Below, one piece after another: positions 8,384-18,585 of a stretch of 32,000 nucleotides of DNA (the first letter of the stretch is position 1; each line of letters starts with the position of its first letter). The notes below the pieces were generated by a model. The model was not told where the DNA came from and ran no database searches. It saw only the letters and a program-made list of their open reading frames with translations. This DNA is from Enterobacteriaceae bacterium entHe1 (GTDB taxonomy: Bacteria; Pseudomonadota; Gammaproteobacteria; Enterobacterales; Enterobacteriaceae). The stretch covers positions 44,733 to 76,732 of the forward strand of contig JBNIDL010000002.1 in assembly GCA_050108195.1 (NCBI GenBank), written 5' to 3'. A program made the position numbers and the translations under genes.

Positions 8384-10293
8384 AATTTTAACATTCTAAA
8401 ATCTGGAGTATTTTTAAAAAGTTTACAATAATTGAGAATTATTTTTATTCTGTAATTTGTTTTACTTTTATCGTTGGAAAAAATTTTGAATTTATTTACG
8501 AAATTTTCTATTAAATTACTAATCTTGAAAATTTCAAATATAATTTTATCGAAATCCATAATTAAAAAAAGAAAAGATACTTTATTTTTACATCTTAGTA
8601 GCTTTTTTAATATACATTCTTCTTCCTTTTTGCAAACATAATTTAGTTCTTTAAATGTTTTTATATTTTTTTTTGTTAACTTAAATATTCTATTTTGTAT
8701 TTTTGATATATATTTTAATTTATGTAAATTTTTTAATTTATTTAGACAATCGATCCAAAATTTATAAATTACTAAATTGAAAAATTTCTTTTCATTTAAA
8801 GAATTTATAATATCTTTTCTAACTTTTAAAGAATAAAAATTTTTTAATCTTTTTAAAATAAAATATAATGTATCATCTATAACATTAGTATTTAATAATC
8901 TGTTCTTATATAATTTTACAGATAAATCTATTATTTCCTTTAAATTTAATAATATTTCTTTATTTAATATAATTCTAATAATTGCAGTAGCAGTCCTTTT
9001 TATAAAATAAGGATCGTTGCTGCCTTTAGGAATATTAAATATCCCAATATGACCAACTATAGTATCAATTTTGTCTGCTATAGATATTATAGAAGAAAAT
9101 GCATTCTTCGGTAATCTATCTTTAATAAATCTTGGATAATGATGTTCTTTTTGAGCTAGCGAAATAAGCTTGTTTTCTTTATTTAATTCAGAATATTTCA
9201 TTCCTATTATTCCTTTCATCTCTGGCATTTCAGCAAATAAATTTGTAGTTATTTCGCATTTAGACATAAGAGATGCTCTAGAAATTAATTTTATATCAAT
9301 TGAATCATTGTAGTAAGAAATTTTTTTAGATAAAATTTTTATTCTTTTTGATTTTTCGAACATAGATCCTAATTTTTTATAAAAAATAACTTTTTTTAAC
9401 AATAATATTCTATCTGAAAATTTTATTTTTTTATCTTCATTAAATAAGTAATTAATGTTAGACAATTTAGAATTTATAGTTGTTTCATTCCAAAAAATAA
9501 CATTATTTAAATTTTTACTTATAGAATTAGTTACTATTAAAAAATAAGGAGATATATTTTTATTTAAATAATATAAAACTATACATTTTTGAATGTCTTG
9601 TATTATAAATTTTATTATAACTTTTGGAAGATTTACAAAATTATTATTTATTATACCAACTTCAATTTTTGGATATTCTACAATTGAAGTTATTTCATTT
9701 ATAAAATTATTTTTAATATCAAAAATCAAATTCATCTTTTTAGAAATTTCTTTAATTTTAGATAAAATAATTCTTTTTCTTTTATTAAAAGAAGCAATAA
9801 CATATCCTTTTTTATATAAAATTAATGGATAATCATTAACATTTCTAACTTTTATTTTTTTTAAAGAAGACAAATGACCAAAAGTAAAATTATTGCTTTT
9901 TAATCCAAAATTTTTATATTTAAATATTTTATCATTAAACAATAATAAAATGTTAAAAACTGGTCTTACAAAACTAAAATTTTCTTCACCCCAATTCATA
10001 CTTTCATATTTAGAAATAAAGATTAAAATATTATCAATTATTTTAATCAAATCTTTTTTTAACGAAGAATTAACATTTATATTAGTTTTTGTGTTATTTT
10101 TATTATTTAAATATCTTATATTAATAGTTTTTACAGAAAGTCTTCTTGAAGAAGCAAACCAATATATTTTTTCATAAACTATTTTGAATATAGCATAATA
10201 TCTTATAAATTCTTTAAAAAATTTTTTTCCAAAAAAAAACAGCCTTTTTTGTGGTAACTCTTCAGTAATTATTTCTATTAAAAAATTTATCAT
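8380..10293 (-). CDS. glyS: Glycine--tRNA ligase beta subunit
   Basis: 637 aa (E. coli has 689). The N-terminus FLIEIITEELPQK matches GlyS FLVEIGTEELPPK. It lies immediately downstream of glyQ in the conserved glyQS operon arrangement. The sequence is highly diverged and Lys/Ile/Asn-rich. Confidence 0.85.
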   Translation of the reverse strand: MINFLIEIITEELPQKRLFFFGKKFFKEFIRYYAIFKIVYEKIYWFASSRRLSVKTINIRYLNNKNNTKTNINVNSSLKKDLIKIIDNILIFISKYESMNWGEENFSFVRPVFNILLLFNDKIFKYKNFGLKSNNFTFGHLSSLKKIKVRNVNDYPLILYKKGYVIASFNKRKRIILSKIKEISKKMNLIFDIKNNFINEITSIVEYPKIEVGIINNNFVNLPKVIIKFIIQDIQKCIVLYYLNKNISPYFLIVTNSISKNLNNVIFWNETTINSKLSNINYLFNEDKKIKFSDRILLLKKVIFYKKLGSMFEKSKRIKILSKKISYYNDSIDIKLISRASLMSKCEITTNLFAEMPEMKGIIGMKYSELNKENKLISLAQKEHHYPRFIKDRLPKNAFSSIISIADKIDTIVGHIGIFNIPKGSNDPYFIKRTATAIIRIILNKEILLNLKEIIDLSVKLYKNRLLNTNVIDDTLYFILKRLKNFYSLKVRKDIINSLNEKKFFNLVIYKFWIDCLNKLKNLHKLKYISKIQNRIFKLTKKNIKTFKELNYVCKKEEECILKKLLRCKNKVSFLFLIMDFDKIIFEIFKISNLIENFVNKFKIFSNDKSKTNYRIKIILNYCKLFKNTPDFRMLKF

Positions 10294-10315
10294 AAATTTA
10301 ATTTTTATATAAATA

Positions 10316-11197
10316 TTATAATTTATTAATATATATTTTTGTAATTTTTGTAATTAAATCTTTAATAACTAAAATATATCTTTTTTTTTCCATGTCAGAA
10401 ATTAATTTCCTTGCGTTTATTAAGTTAAAATTGTGTATAGCCTGTATTAAATATTCATACGCAGAAAAAAACAAATCTTTATTTAAATAAATCATTTTTT
10501 TTGCAATTTTTATCTGTTTGTTTAAACAATAAAAAACGAAATAATTATCTAAATCTATTAAATTATAAATAAAATTACTAAACTCAAAATCATAAAATAT
10601 ATTTTTATATTTTATTAAATTATTTTTTTTACAAATGTCCCACCTTATATTAAAAATATTTTTTTTTTTTTGTAATAACATAGACATTCTTTCCAACCCA
10701 TAAGTTATTTCTATAATTACAGGATTACAATTAATACCAGCTAACTGTTGAAAATAAGTTAATTGAGTTACTTCTAATCCATTTATTCTTACTTCCCATC
10801 CAGTTCCCCAAGCCCCCAATGTCGGATTTTCCCAATTATCCTCTAAAAATTGTATATCGTTTTCATAAGTATTAAATCCTATAAACTTAAGAGAATTTAA
10901 ATATAAATTTTGTAAATTTTTAGGTGAAGGTTTAATTATTACCTGAAATTGATAATAATGTTGTAATTTAGTCGAAAAATTAAAATTTATTCCATCTGCA
11001 GGTCGTCTTGAAGGTTGAACATAAAACAAAGATATTTTTTTTTTTTTTAAAGGATACATACATGTAATAGGATGAGAAGTGCCTGCTCCGACTTTCATGT
11101 CGAAAGATTGAAAACTAAAACAATTTCTTGATTTCCAAAAATCACTTAAATCTTTAATTAAAGACTGAAACGTAAACTTATTTTTAATTTTTAACAT
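10316..11197 (-). CDS. glyQ: Glycine--tRNA ligase alpha subunit
   Basis: 293 aa. Strong blocks include DMKVGAGTSHP, YVQPSRRPADG, LQHYYQFQVIIKPSP, EDNWENPTLGAWGTGWEV..NG.EVTQ.TYFQQ and EITYGLER. Confidence 0.95.
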   Translation of the reverse strand: MLKIKNKFTFQSLIKDLSDFWKSRNCFSFQSFDMKVGAGTSHPITCMYPLKKKKISLFYVQPSRRPADGINFNFSTKLQHYYQFQVIIKPSPKNLQNLYLNSLKFIGFNTYENDIQFLEDNWENPTLGAWGTGWEVRINGLEVTQLTYFQQLAGINCNPVIIEITYGLERMSMLLQKKKNIFNIRWDICKKNNLIKYKNIFYDFEFSNFIYNLIDLDNYFVFYCLNKQIKIAKKMIYLNKDLFFSAYEYLIQAIHNFNLINARKLISDMEKKRYILVIKDLITKITKIYINKL

Positions 11198-11217
11198 TTT
11201 TTACTAACTTAAATTTA

Positions 11218-13653
<2,436 letters not shown>

Positions 13654-13704
13654 TTAAAAAAAATAAATAGTTAAATGATAACATTATTTTTTAAAATTTA
13701 AAAA

Positions 13705-15078
13705 TTATTTACCTATGCAAAATTCAGAAAAAATTTTTTCTAATAGATCTTCATTTCTACGTTTTCCAATTAATTCTTCTAAAGAATTGCAAGCTAAAGA
13801 AATTTCTTCAGCAAAAAGTTCGAAGTTATTATATTTGTTTAATTGATTTTCACTATTTACCAAATGATCTAAACAGCTTTTTAATAAATCTATTTGTCTT
13901 TTTTTATACAATCCAACACTTTCAGTCCTTCTTCTATAGTTAACTTTTATTTTTTTCAATAAACAAGAAATTAAAATTTTTATACCATAATTGTATTTAG
14001 CAGAAATATCCACAACATCACATTCCTTTAAACTAAAATTTTTTGGTTTGCTTCCAGTCATATCTATTTTATTTCTTACTAATATCAAATTTTTTTTAAT
14101 GAATTTTTTACTTAAAATAAAATTTAAATTTAGAAAATTTAAAGATTTTTCTTTGCTACTATCAATTACTAAAAAAATATAATTAGCTTTTTTGATTTGT
14201 TCAAATGTTCTTTTAATGCCTATTTTTTCTACTTTGTTTTTTATATTATCTCTAATACCTGCAGTGTCTATAAAAGATATTAAAAAATTATCAATAATAA
14301 CTTCTTTAATTAAAAAATCTCTAGTAGTTCCAGGAATGCCTGTAACTATTGATAAATTCGAATTGGTTAAAGAATTAAATAAACTAGATTTTCCAGAATT
14401 AGTTTTTCCAACGATTACAACTTTTATTCCATTTGTTATATTTCTATTTATTTTAGATTTTTTATATATATTTTTTATTTTATTTATTAAAAATGTCAAT
14501 TTATTGTAAATTTTATTTTTATTAAAAATGTCGATATCATTTTCAAAAAAATTAATATTAGCTTCCGTTATAACTCTAATTTTATAAATATAATCAATTA
14601 AATTACTTATAATACCTGAAGATATACCAATCATTGAATTTATTGATACATTAAGCATTTTTCTAGAACTAGAGTTAATTATATCTATTATAGATTCTGC
14701 TTGTAAAAGATTTATTTTTTTATTTAAAAAAGCTCTTTTTGAAAATTCACCTGGGTAAGCAATTCTAACATTGTTAAATTTTATTATATAACTTAAAATA
14801 GTATTTAGTATTATAGGATTACCATGACAATTTAATTCTAATACATCTTCTCCAGTGAAAGAATTTGGTTTTTTATAAAATATTGCAATTCCTTTATCTA
14901 TTATTTTATCTTTTATATAAAAATTTAAATAACTAGCTTTTTTATTTTTTGGTATTTTCTTTAACAAAAGGTAAGAAAGTTTAGAAGTTAAATCCCCAGA
15001 TATTCTTATTATACCAACACTGCTGTAACCTAAAGGCGTTATTATAGCTGTTATAGTATCTTTTTCCATAAAATTCAT
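13705..15078 (-). CDS. mnmE: tRNA modification GTPase MnmE (TrmE/ThdF)
   Basis: 457 aa. It has the N-terminus DTITAIITP...GIIRISG, the G domain GKTNSGKSSLFN, TRD and DTAG, and the diagnostic C-terminal CIGK. The ATG at 15078 overlaps the yidC TGA (ATGA). An in-frame ATG at 15069 is an alternative start. Confidence 0.93.
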   Translation of the reverse strand: MNFMEKDTITAIITPLGYSSVGIIRISGDLTSKLSYLLLKKIPKNKKASYLNFYIKDKIIDKGIAIFYKKPNSFTGEDVLELNCHGNPIILNTILSYIIKFNNVRIAYPGEFSKRAFLNKKINLLQAESIIDIINSSSRKMLNVSINSMIGISSGIISNLIDYIYKIRVITEANINFFENDIDIFNKNKIYNKLTFLINKIKNIYKKSKINRNITNGIKVVIVGKTNSGKSSLFNSLTNSNLSIVTGIPGTTRDFLIKEVIIDNFLISFIDTAGIRDNIKNKVEKIGIKRTFEQIKKANYIFLVIDSSKEKSLNFLNLNFILSKKFIKKNLILVRNKIDMTGSKPKNFSLKECDVVDISAKYNYGIKILISCLLKKIKVNYRRRTESVGLYKKRQIDLLKSCLDHLVNSENQLNKYNNFELFAEEISLACNSLEELIGKRRNEDLLEKIFSEFCIGK

Positions 15079-16661
15079 TTTTCTTTTTTATTAATTAGCA
15101 AACTTAATATAACTTTTTGTTGAAAAATAGTAAAAACATTATTTATTACATAATATAGAACTAATCCTGACGGGAGCCATAAAAAAAATATTGTAAAAAT
15201 GAAAGGTACAATTTTAGAAAATAAATTTTGGTAATTATCATTATGATCAATATTATCATTAGACATAACTTGTAGAACAAAGGTTGTTAAAGTCATTAAT
15301 ATAGGCAATATAAAATAATTGTCAGGTTCAGATAAATCTTTTATCCAAAACATAAAAGGAGAGTGCCTTAACTCTACAGAATTAGATAAAACATTATATA
15401 AAGAAAAGAATATTGGCATTTGCAAAAAAACAGATAAACAACCACTAAATGGATTTATTTTATTGAGTTTATAAAGCTTTATAATTTCTTCATTTTGTTT
15501 ATTTTTATCATTAAAAAATTTATTTTTAATAATTGATATTTCAGGTTGTAAATTTTTTATTTTAATCATCGACTCATATTGAGATTTTACTATAGGATAA
15601 ATTACAATTCTTATTAAAATTGTAAAGAAAATTATAGAAATACCCCAATTTTTAAAAAATTTATTTAATATTTTTAATACTTCAAAAGAAGGATACGAAA
15701 TGAACCAAAAAAATCCGTAATCTATAAGTAATTCCAAACTTTTATCTTCGTTAATTAACTGTTCTCTTATTTTTGGACCAGCCCATATGTTTGTAGATAT
15801 TTTATTAATTTTGTTTGGAAATAAGTTAAAATAACTTGAATTAAATTTAACTGTTATTATATTATTATCTTTTTTAAAACAGATATTGTTAAAATAATTA
15901 TCTAATGATAAGAAAGAAATTAAAAAATATTTTTGTAAAAGAGTTATCCATTTATAATAATTATCTTTTATTAAAATATTTTTATTAATACTTTTTATAT
16001 TGTATTTTTTGTAGTTATTTCCCTTAGAATATAAAGCTATATCTTTGTAATTATTATCTTCATGAAAATCTAGTCTATTTTTTATATTTACGGAAAAATA
16101 AGACTTTAGTGGTAATCTGGAATAATTAAAAATGTCATAAGTTATTTTAATTAAGTAACTATTTTTTTTCAATATAAAATTTTTTACATACGTTATTTGA
16201 GGTGAATTATATTTATATATAGAAACCTTTAATTCTTTTTCATTTTCTTTAAGAAAGAAAAAATTTTTATTATCTTTTGTTTTAAATGAATTAATATTTT
16301 CATTATTAGACAATTTTTCATTAATTACATTTAAATTTTGTTCAAGTTCATAATCTGAATTTTTTGAATCACTTAAAATATTTAGTAACTTATAAGAATT
16401 TAATCTTTCTAAAAATTTAGTTAAATAAATTTTTTTTATATTTCCGTCTTTTAAACTTATTTTAATAATTAATAAATCATTTTTTATTATTATGTTATTG
16501 TCATCATGATTATTACACGTATATTCATTTAAAATGTTATTTTTTAAATTATTTACATTATTATTTTTTGCAAAAAATAAATCTTTAAAAAATAAAAATT
16601 TAAAAACTAAAAAAAATGAACAAGATAATATGAATATCAAAAAATATTTATAAATATTCAT
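15075..16661 (-). CDS. yidC: Membrane protein insertase YidC
   Basis: 528 aa (E. coli has 548). An N-terminal TM segment is followed by a long diverged periplasmic P1 domain and then the conserved core, NWGISIIFFTILIR....P and GCLSVFLQMPIFFSLY. It sits in the conserved rpmH-rnpA-yidD-yidC-mnmE order. Confidence 0.92.
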   Translation of the reverse strand: MNIYKYFLIFILSCSFFLVFKFLFFKDLFFAKNNNVNNLKNNILNEYTCNNHDDNNIIIKNDLLIIKISLKDGNIKKIYLTKFLERLNSYKLLNILSDSKNSDYELEQNLNVINEKLSNNENINSFKTKDNKNFFFLKENEKELKVSIYKYNSPQITYVKNFILKKNSYLIKITYDIFNYSRLPLKSYFSVNIKNRLDFHEDNNYKDIALYSKGNNYKKYNIKSINKNILIKDNYYKWITLLQKYFLISFLSLDNYFNNICFKKDNNIITVKFNSSYFNLFPNKINKISTNIWAGPKIREQLINEDKSLELLIDYGFFWFISYPSFEVLKILNKFFKNWGISIIFFTILIRIVIYPIVKSQYESMIKIKNLQPEISIIKNKFFNDKNKQNEEIIKLYKLNKINPFSGCLSVFLQMPIFFSLYNVLSNSVELRHSPFMFWIKDLSEPDNYFILPILMTLTTFVLQVMSNDNIDHNDNYQNLFSKIVPFIFTIFFLWLPSGLVLYYVINNVFTIFQQKVILSLLINKKEK

Positions 16662-16677
16662 TTGTCAACCGATATAA

Positions 16678-16887
16678 TTAAAATTTCTTAGTTAAAACAT
16701 TACATTTTAATAGTCTTTTTAATGTATAAAAAAAACCAAAAAATATTCCATGTTTATTTATTACATTTATAGAATAATTTGAACAAGTTATAGAATACCT
16801 ACATTTTTTTCTTAAAACTAAATTAAATAAAATTTGATAAATTTTAATAAAAATTATTAGAACTTTTCTTATCATAAAAAAATTCAC
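16678..16887 (-). CDS. yidD: Membrane protein insertion efficiency factor YidD
   Basis: 69 aa as tracked. It has the YidD signature IKIYQ.......KCRYSITCSNYS......HG.......T.KRLLKCN. The codon at 16887 is GTG, so the ATG at 16875 (MIRKVL...) is an equally plausible true start. It overlaps the 3' end of rnpA. Confidence 0.8.
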   Translation of the reverse strand: MNFFMIRKVLIIFIKIYQILFNLVLRKKCRYSITCSNYSINVINKHGIFFGFFYTLKRLLKCNVLTKKF

Positions 16888-17227
16888 TAAAAATAAAATT
16901 TATTTCTTTTCTAATTATAATCTTACTTAAATAAGTAATATTAAAATTAACAATTAATAAAAAATCTAGATTAATAAGTTTGTGTTGATTTAACCTAAAA
17001 GATTCTTTGATTATCCTTTTTATTTGGTTTCTTTTATAAGAAAACTTTATTTTTTTTTTAGGTATAATAAACGATATTCTAGAATAATTTAAATTATTTT
17101 TATGACAAAAAAGTAAAAAATATTTATAAAAAAATTTTTTTTTAAAAAATTTCAAAGATTTTTTGTTTAAATTAATTATTTTTCCATTTAATCCAAATTT
17201 TTTCCCCTTATAAATTTTATTTAACAT
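16844..17227 (-). CDS. rnpA: Ribonuclease P protein component
   Basis: 127 aa and very basic. It has the RNR-type motif in [14 protein letters not shown]. It lies directly downstream of rpmH and upstream of yidD/yidC. Confidence 0.85.
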   Translation of the reverse strand: MLNKIYKGKKFGLNGKIINLNKKSLKFFKKKFFYKYFLLFCHKNNLNYSRISFIIPKKKIKFSYKRNQIKRIIKESFRLNQHKLINLDFLLIVNFNITYLSKIIIRKEINFIFSEFFYDKKSSNNFY

Positions 17228-17354
17228 TTATTTTAAATTTTTTTTTTATTCTTTTTCTTTTAAAAATTTTTCTACCGTTTTTAGTTTTCATTCTTGTACG
17301 AAATCCATGTTTTTTATTTCTTTTTTTTAAAGATGGTTGAAATGTCCTTTTCAT
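17217..17354 (-). CDS. rpmH: 50S ribosomal protein L34
   Basis: Absent from the ORF track because it is too short. Hand translation from the ATG at 17354..17352 to the TAA at 17219..17217 gives [45 protein letters not shown] (45 aa). Compare E. coli L34, [38 protein letters not shown]. Its last 11 nt overlap the rnpA start. Confidence 0.92.
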   Translation of the reverse strand: MKRTFQPSLKKRNKKHGFRTRMKTKNGRKIFKRKRIKKKFKINVK

Positions 17355-17479
17355 AGAAATCTTTAGCCTTTCATAAATACTTATTTAATTATTTTGATAA
17401 TATTTTATTTATAAAAAATTATATACTAAATTAATTTAATATAAATAAAATATTTAAAAATATATAAAATAAAATAAAT

Positions 17480-18580
17480 ATGAAATTAATAATAAAAAAT
17501 GAGGTTTTGTTAAACCTACTAAAAAAAACCATTCATACAGGATTTACTAACACAAACAACAAAATATTAAATTACTTAATTTTTAAAGTAAAAAATAATA
17601 AGCTTTTTATTTTAAGCAGTAATCTAGAAGTAGAAATGATGGTTTCAGTAGACTTAAAGGAATTTAATAAAGATGGAAAAAGTGCAATTTTAGCAAAAAA
17701 AATTATATATATATGTAGAAATTTTCCAAAGAATTCTAATATACTGATAAAATCAGATACTAATAAAGTATTAGTATATTCTAAAAACATGCGTTATTCG
17801 TTAAATACAATGGAGGTTGACGATTTTCCTAGAATAAAATTTGAAAACAAATACTATAAATATTCAATTTCAGAGAAATTTTTAAAAAAAGCAATAAATT
17901 TATTAAAATTTGTTGCTCCAGATAATGACGTACGTAATTATTTAAATGGAATTTTAATAGAAAAGATAAATAATATATTATATATCACAGCAACTGATGG
18001 TCATAGATTAGCTACATATAAAATATTAACTGATTGTTTAAATAATATAAATTCCATAATAATTCCAAAAAAAACTGTTATAGAAATACAATATTTACTA
18101 GAAAAAGATAAAGAAGTTAATTTATTAATATCTAATAAATTTATAAAATTAAAAATAAGAAATTATTACATAACATCTAAATTAATAAATGGCAAATTCC
18201 CTAATTATCATCATCTTTTGAACAAAAAATATAAAAAAAACATAAAAATTGAATCTAATTCTTTTAGAAATTCTTTAAGCAGAATATCTATATTAGTTGA
18301 CGATAAGCTAAGATTAATAAAAATAAAAATAAAAAAAAATAAACTAAAAATTACTACTAATAATTCTATTCAAGAAAAAGCAGAAGAAATAATAAAAATA
18401 AAAAATAAAAAAAATTTTTCTATAGAAATAGGAGTAAATATAGATTACATATTAGATATAGTAAATGTTTTAAAATGCAAAAAAATAAAATTTTCTTTTA
18501 ATGATAACATTTCGAGTCTAAAAATAGAAAACATGGAAAATAAAAACATATGCTATATATTAATGCCAATAATGATCTAA
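17480..18580 (+). CDS. dnaN: DNA polymerase III beta sliding clamp
   Basis: 366 aa, the same length as E. coli DnaN. Matching blocks include DVRNYLNGIL.E, TATDGHRLA, IIPKKTV.E, TSKLINGKFPNY, LKITTNN..QEKAEE, IG.N..Y.LD..N.LKC and the C-terminal MPIMI (E. coli has MPMRL). Confidence 0.93.
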   Translation: MKLIIKNEVLLNLLKKTIHTGFTNTNNKILNYLIFKVKNNKLFILSSNLEVEMMVSVDLKEFNKDGKSAILAKKIIYICRNFPKNSNILIKSDTNKVLVYSKNMRYSLNTMEVDDFPRIKFENKYYKYSISEKFLKKAINLLKFVAPDNDVRNYLNGILIEKINNILYITATDGHRLATYKILTDCLNNINSIIIPKKTVIEIQYLLEKDKEVNLLISNKFIKLKIRNYYITSKLINGKFPNYHHLLNKKYKKNIKIESNSFRNSLSRISILVDDKLRLIKIKIKKNKLKITTNNSIQEKAEEIIKIKNKKNFSIEIGVNIDYILDIVNVLKCKKIKFSFNDNISSLKIENMENKNICYILMPIMI

Positions 18581-18585
18581 TAATA

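Noticed and set aside
13991-14509. Two ORFs (63 and 105 aa) antisense to mnmE
   Set aside because: They are shadow ORFs within mnmE. They are hydrophobic and low-complexity, and I recognise no homologue.
17392-17400. DnaA-box-like 9-mer in the rpmH-dnaN spacer (reverse complement TTATCAAAA, 7/9 to TTATCCACA)
   Set aside because: Both mismatches replace the C residues that are critical for DnaA recognition. Such A/T-only near-matches are expected by chance in sequence that is about 90% A+T, and there is only a single copy with no cluster.
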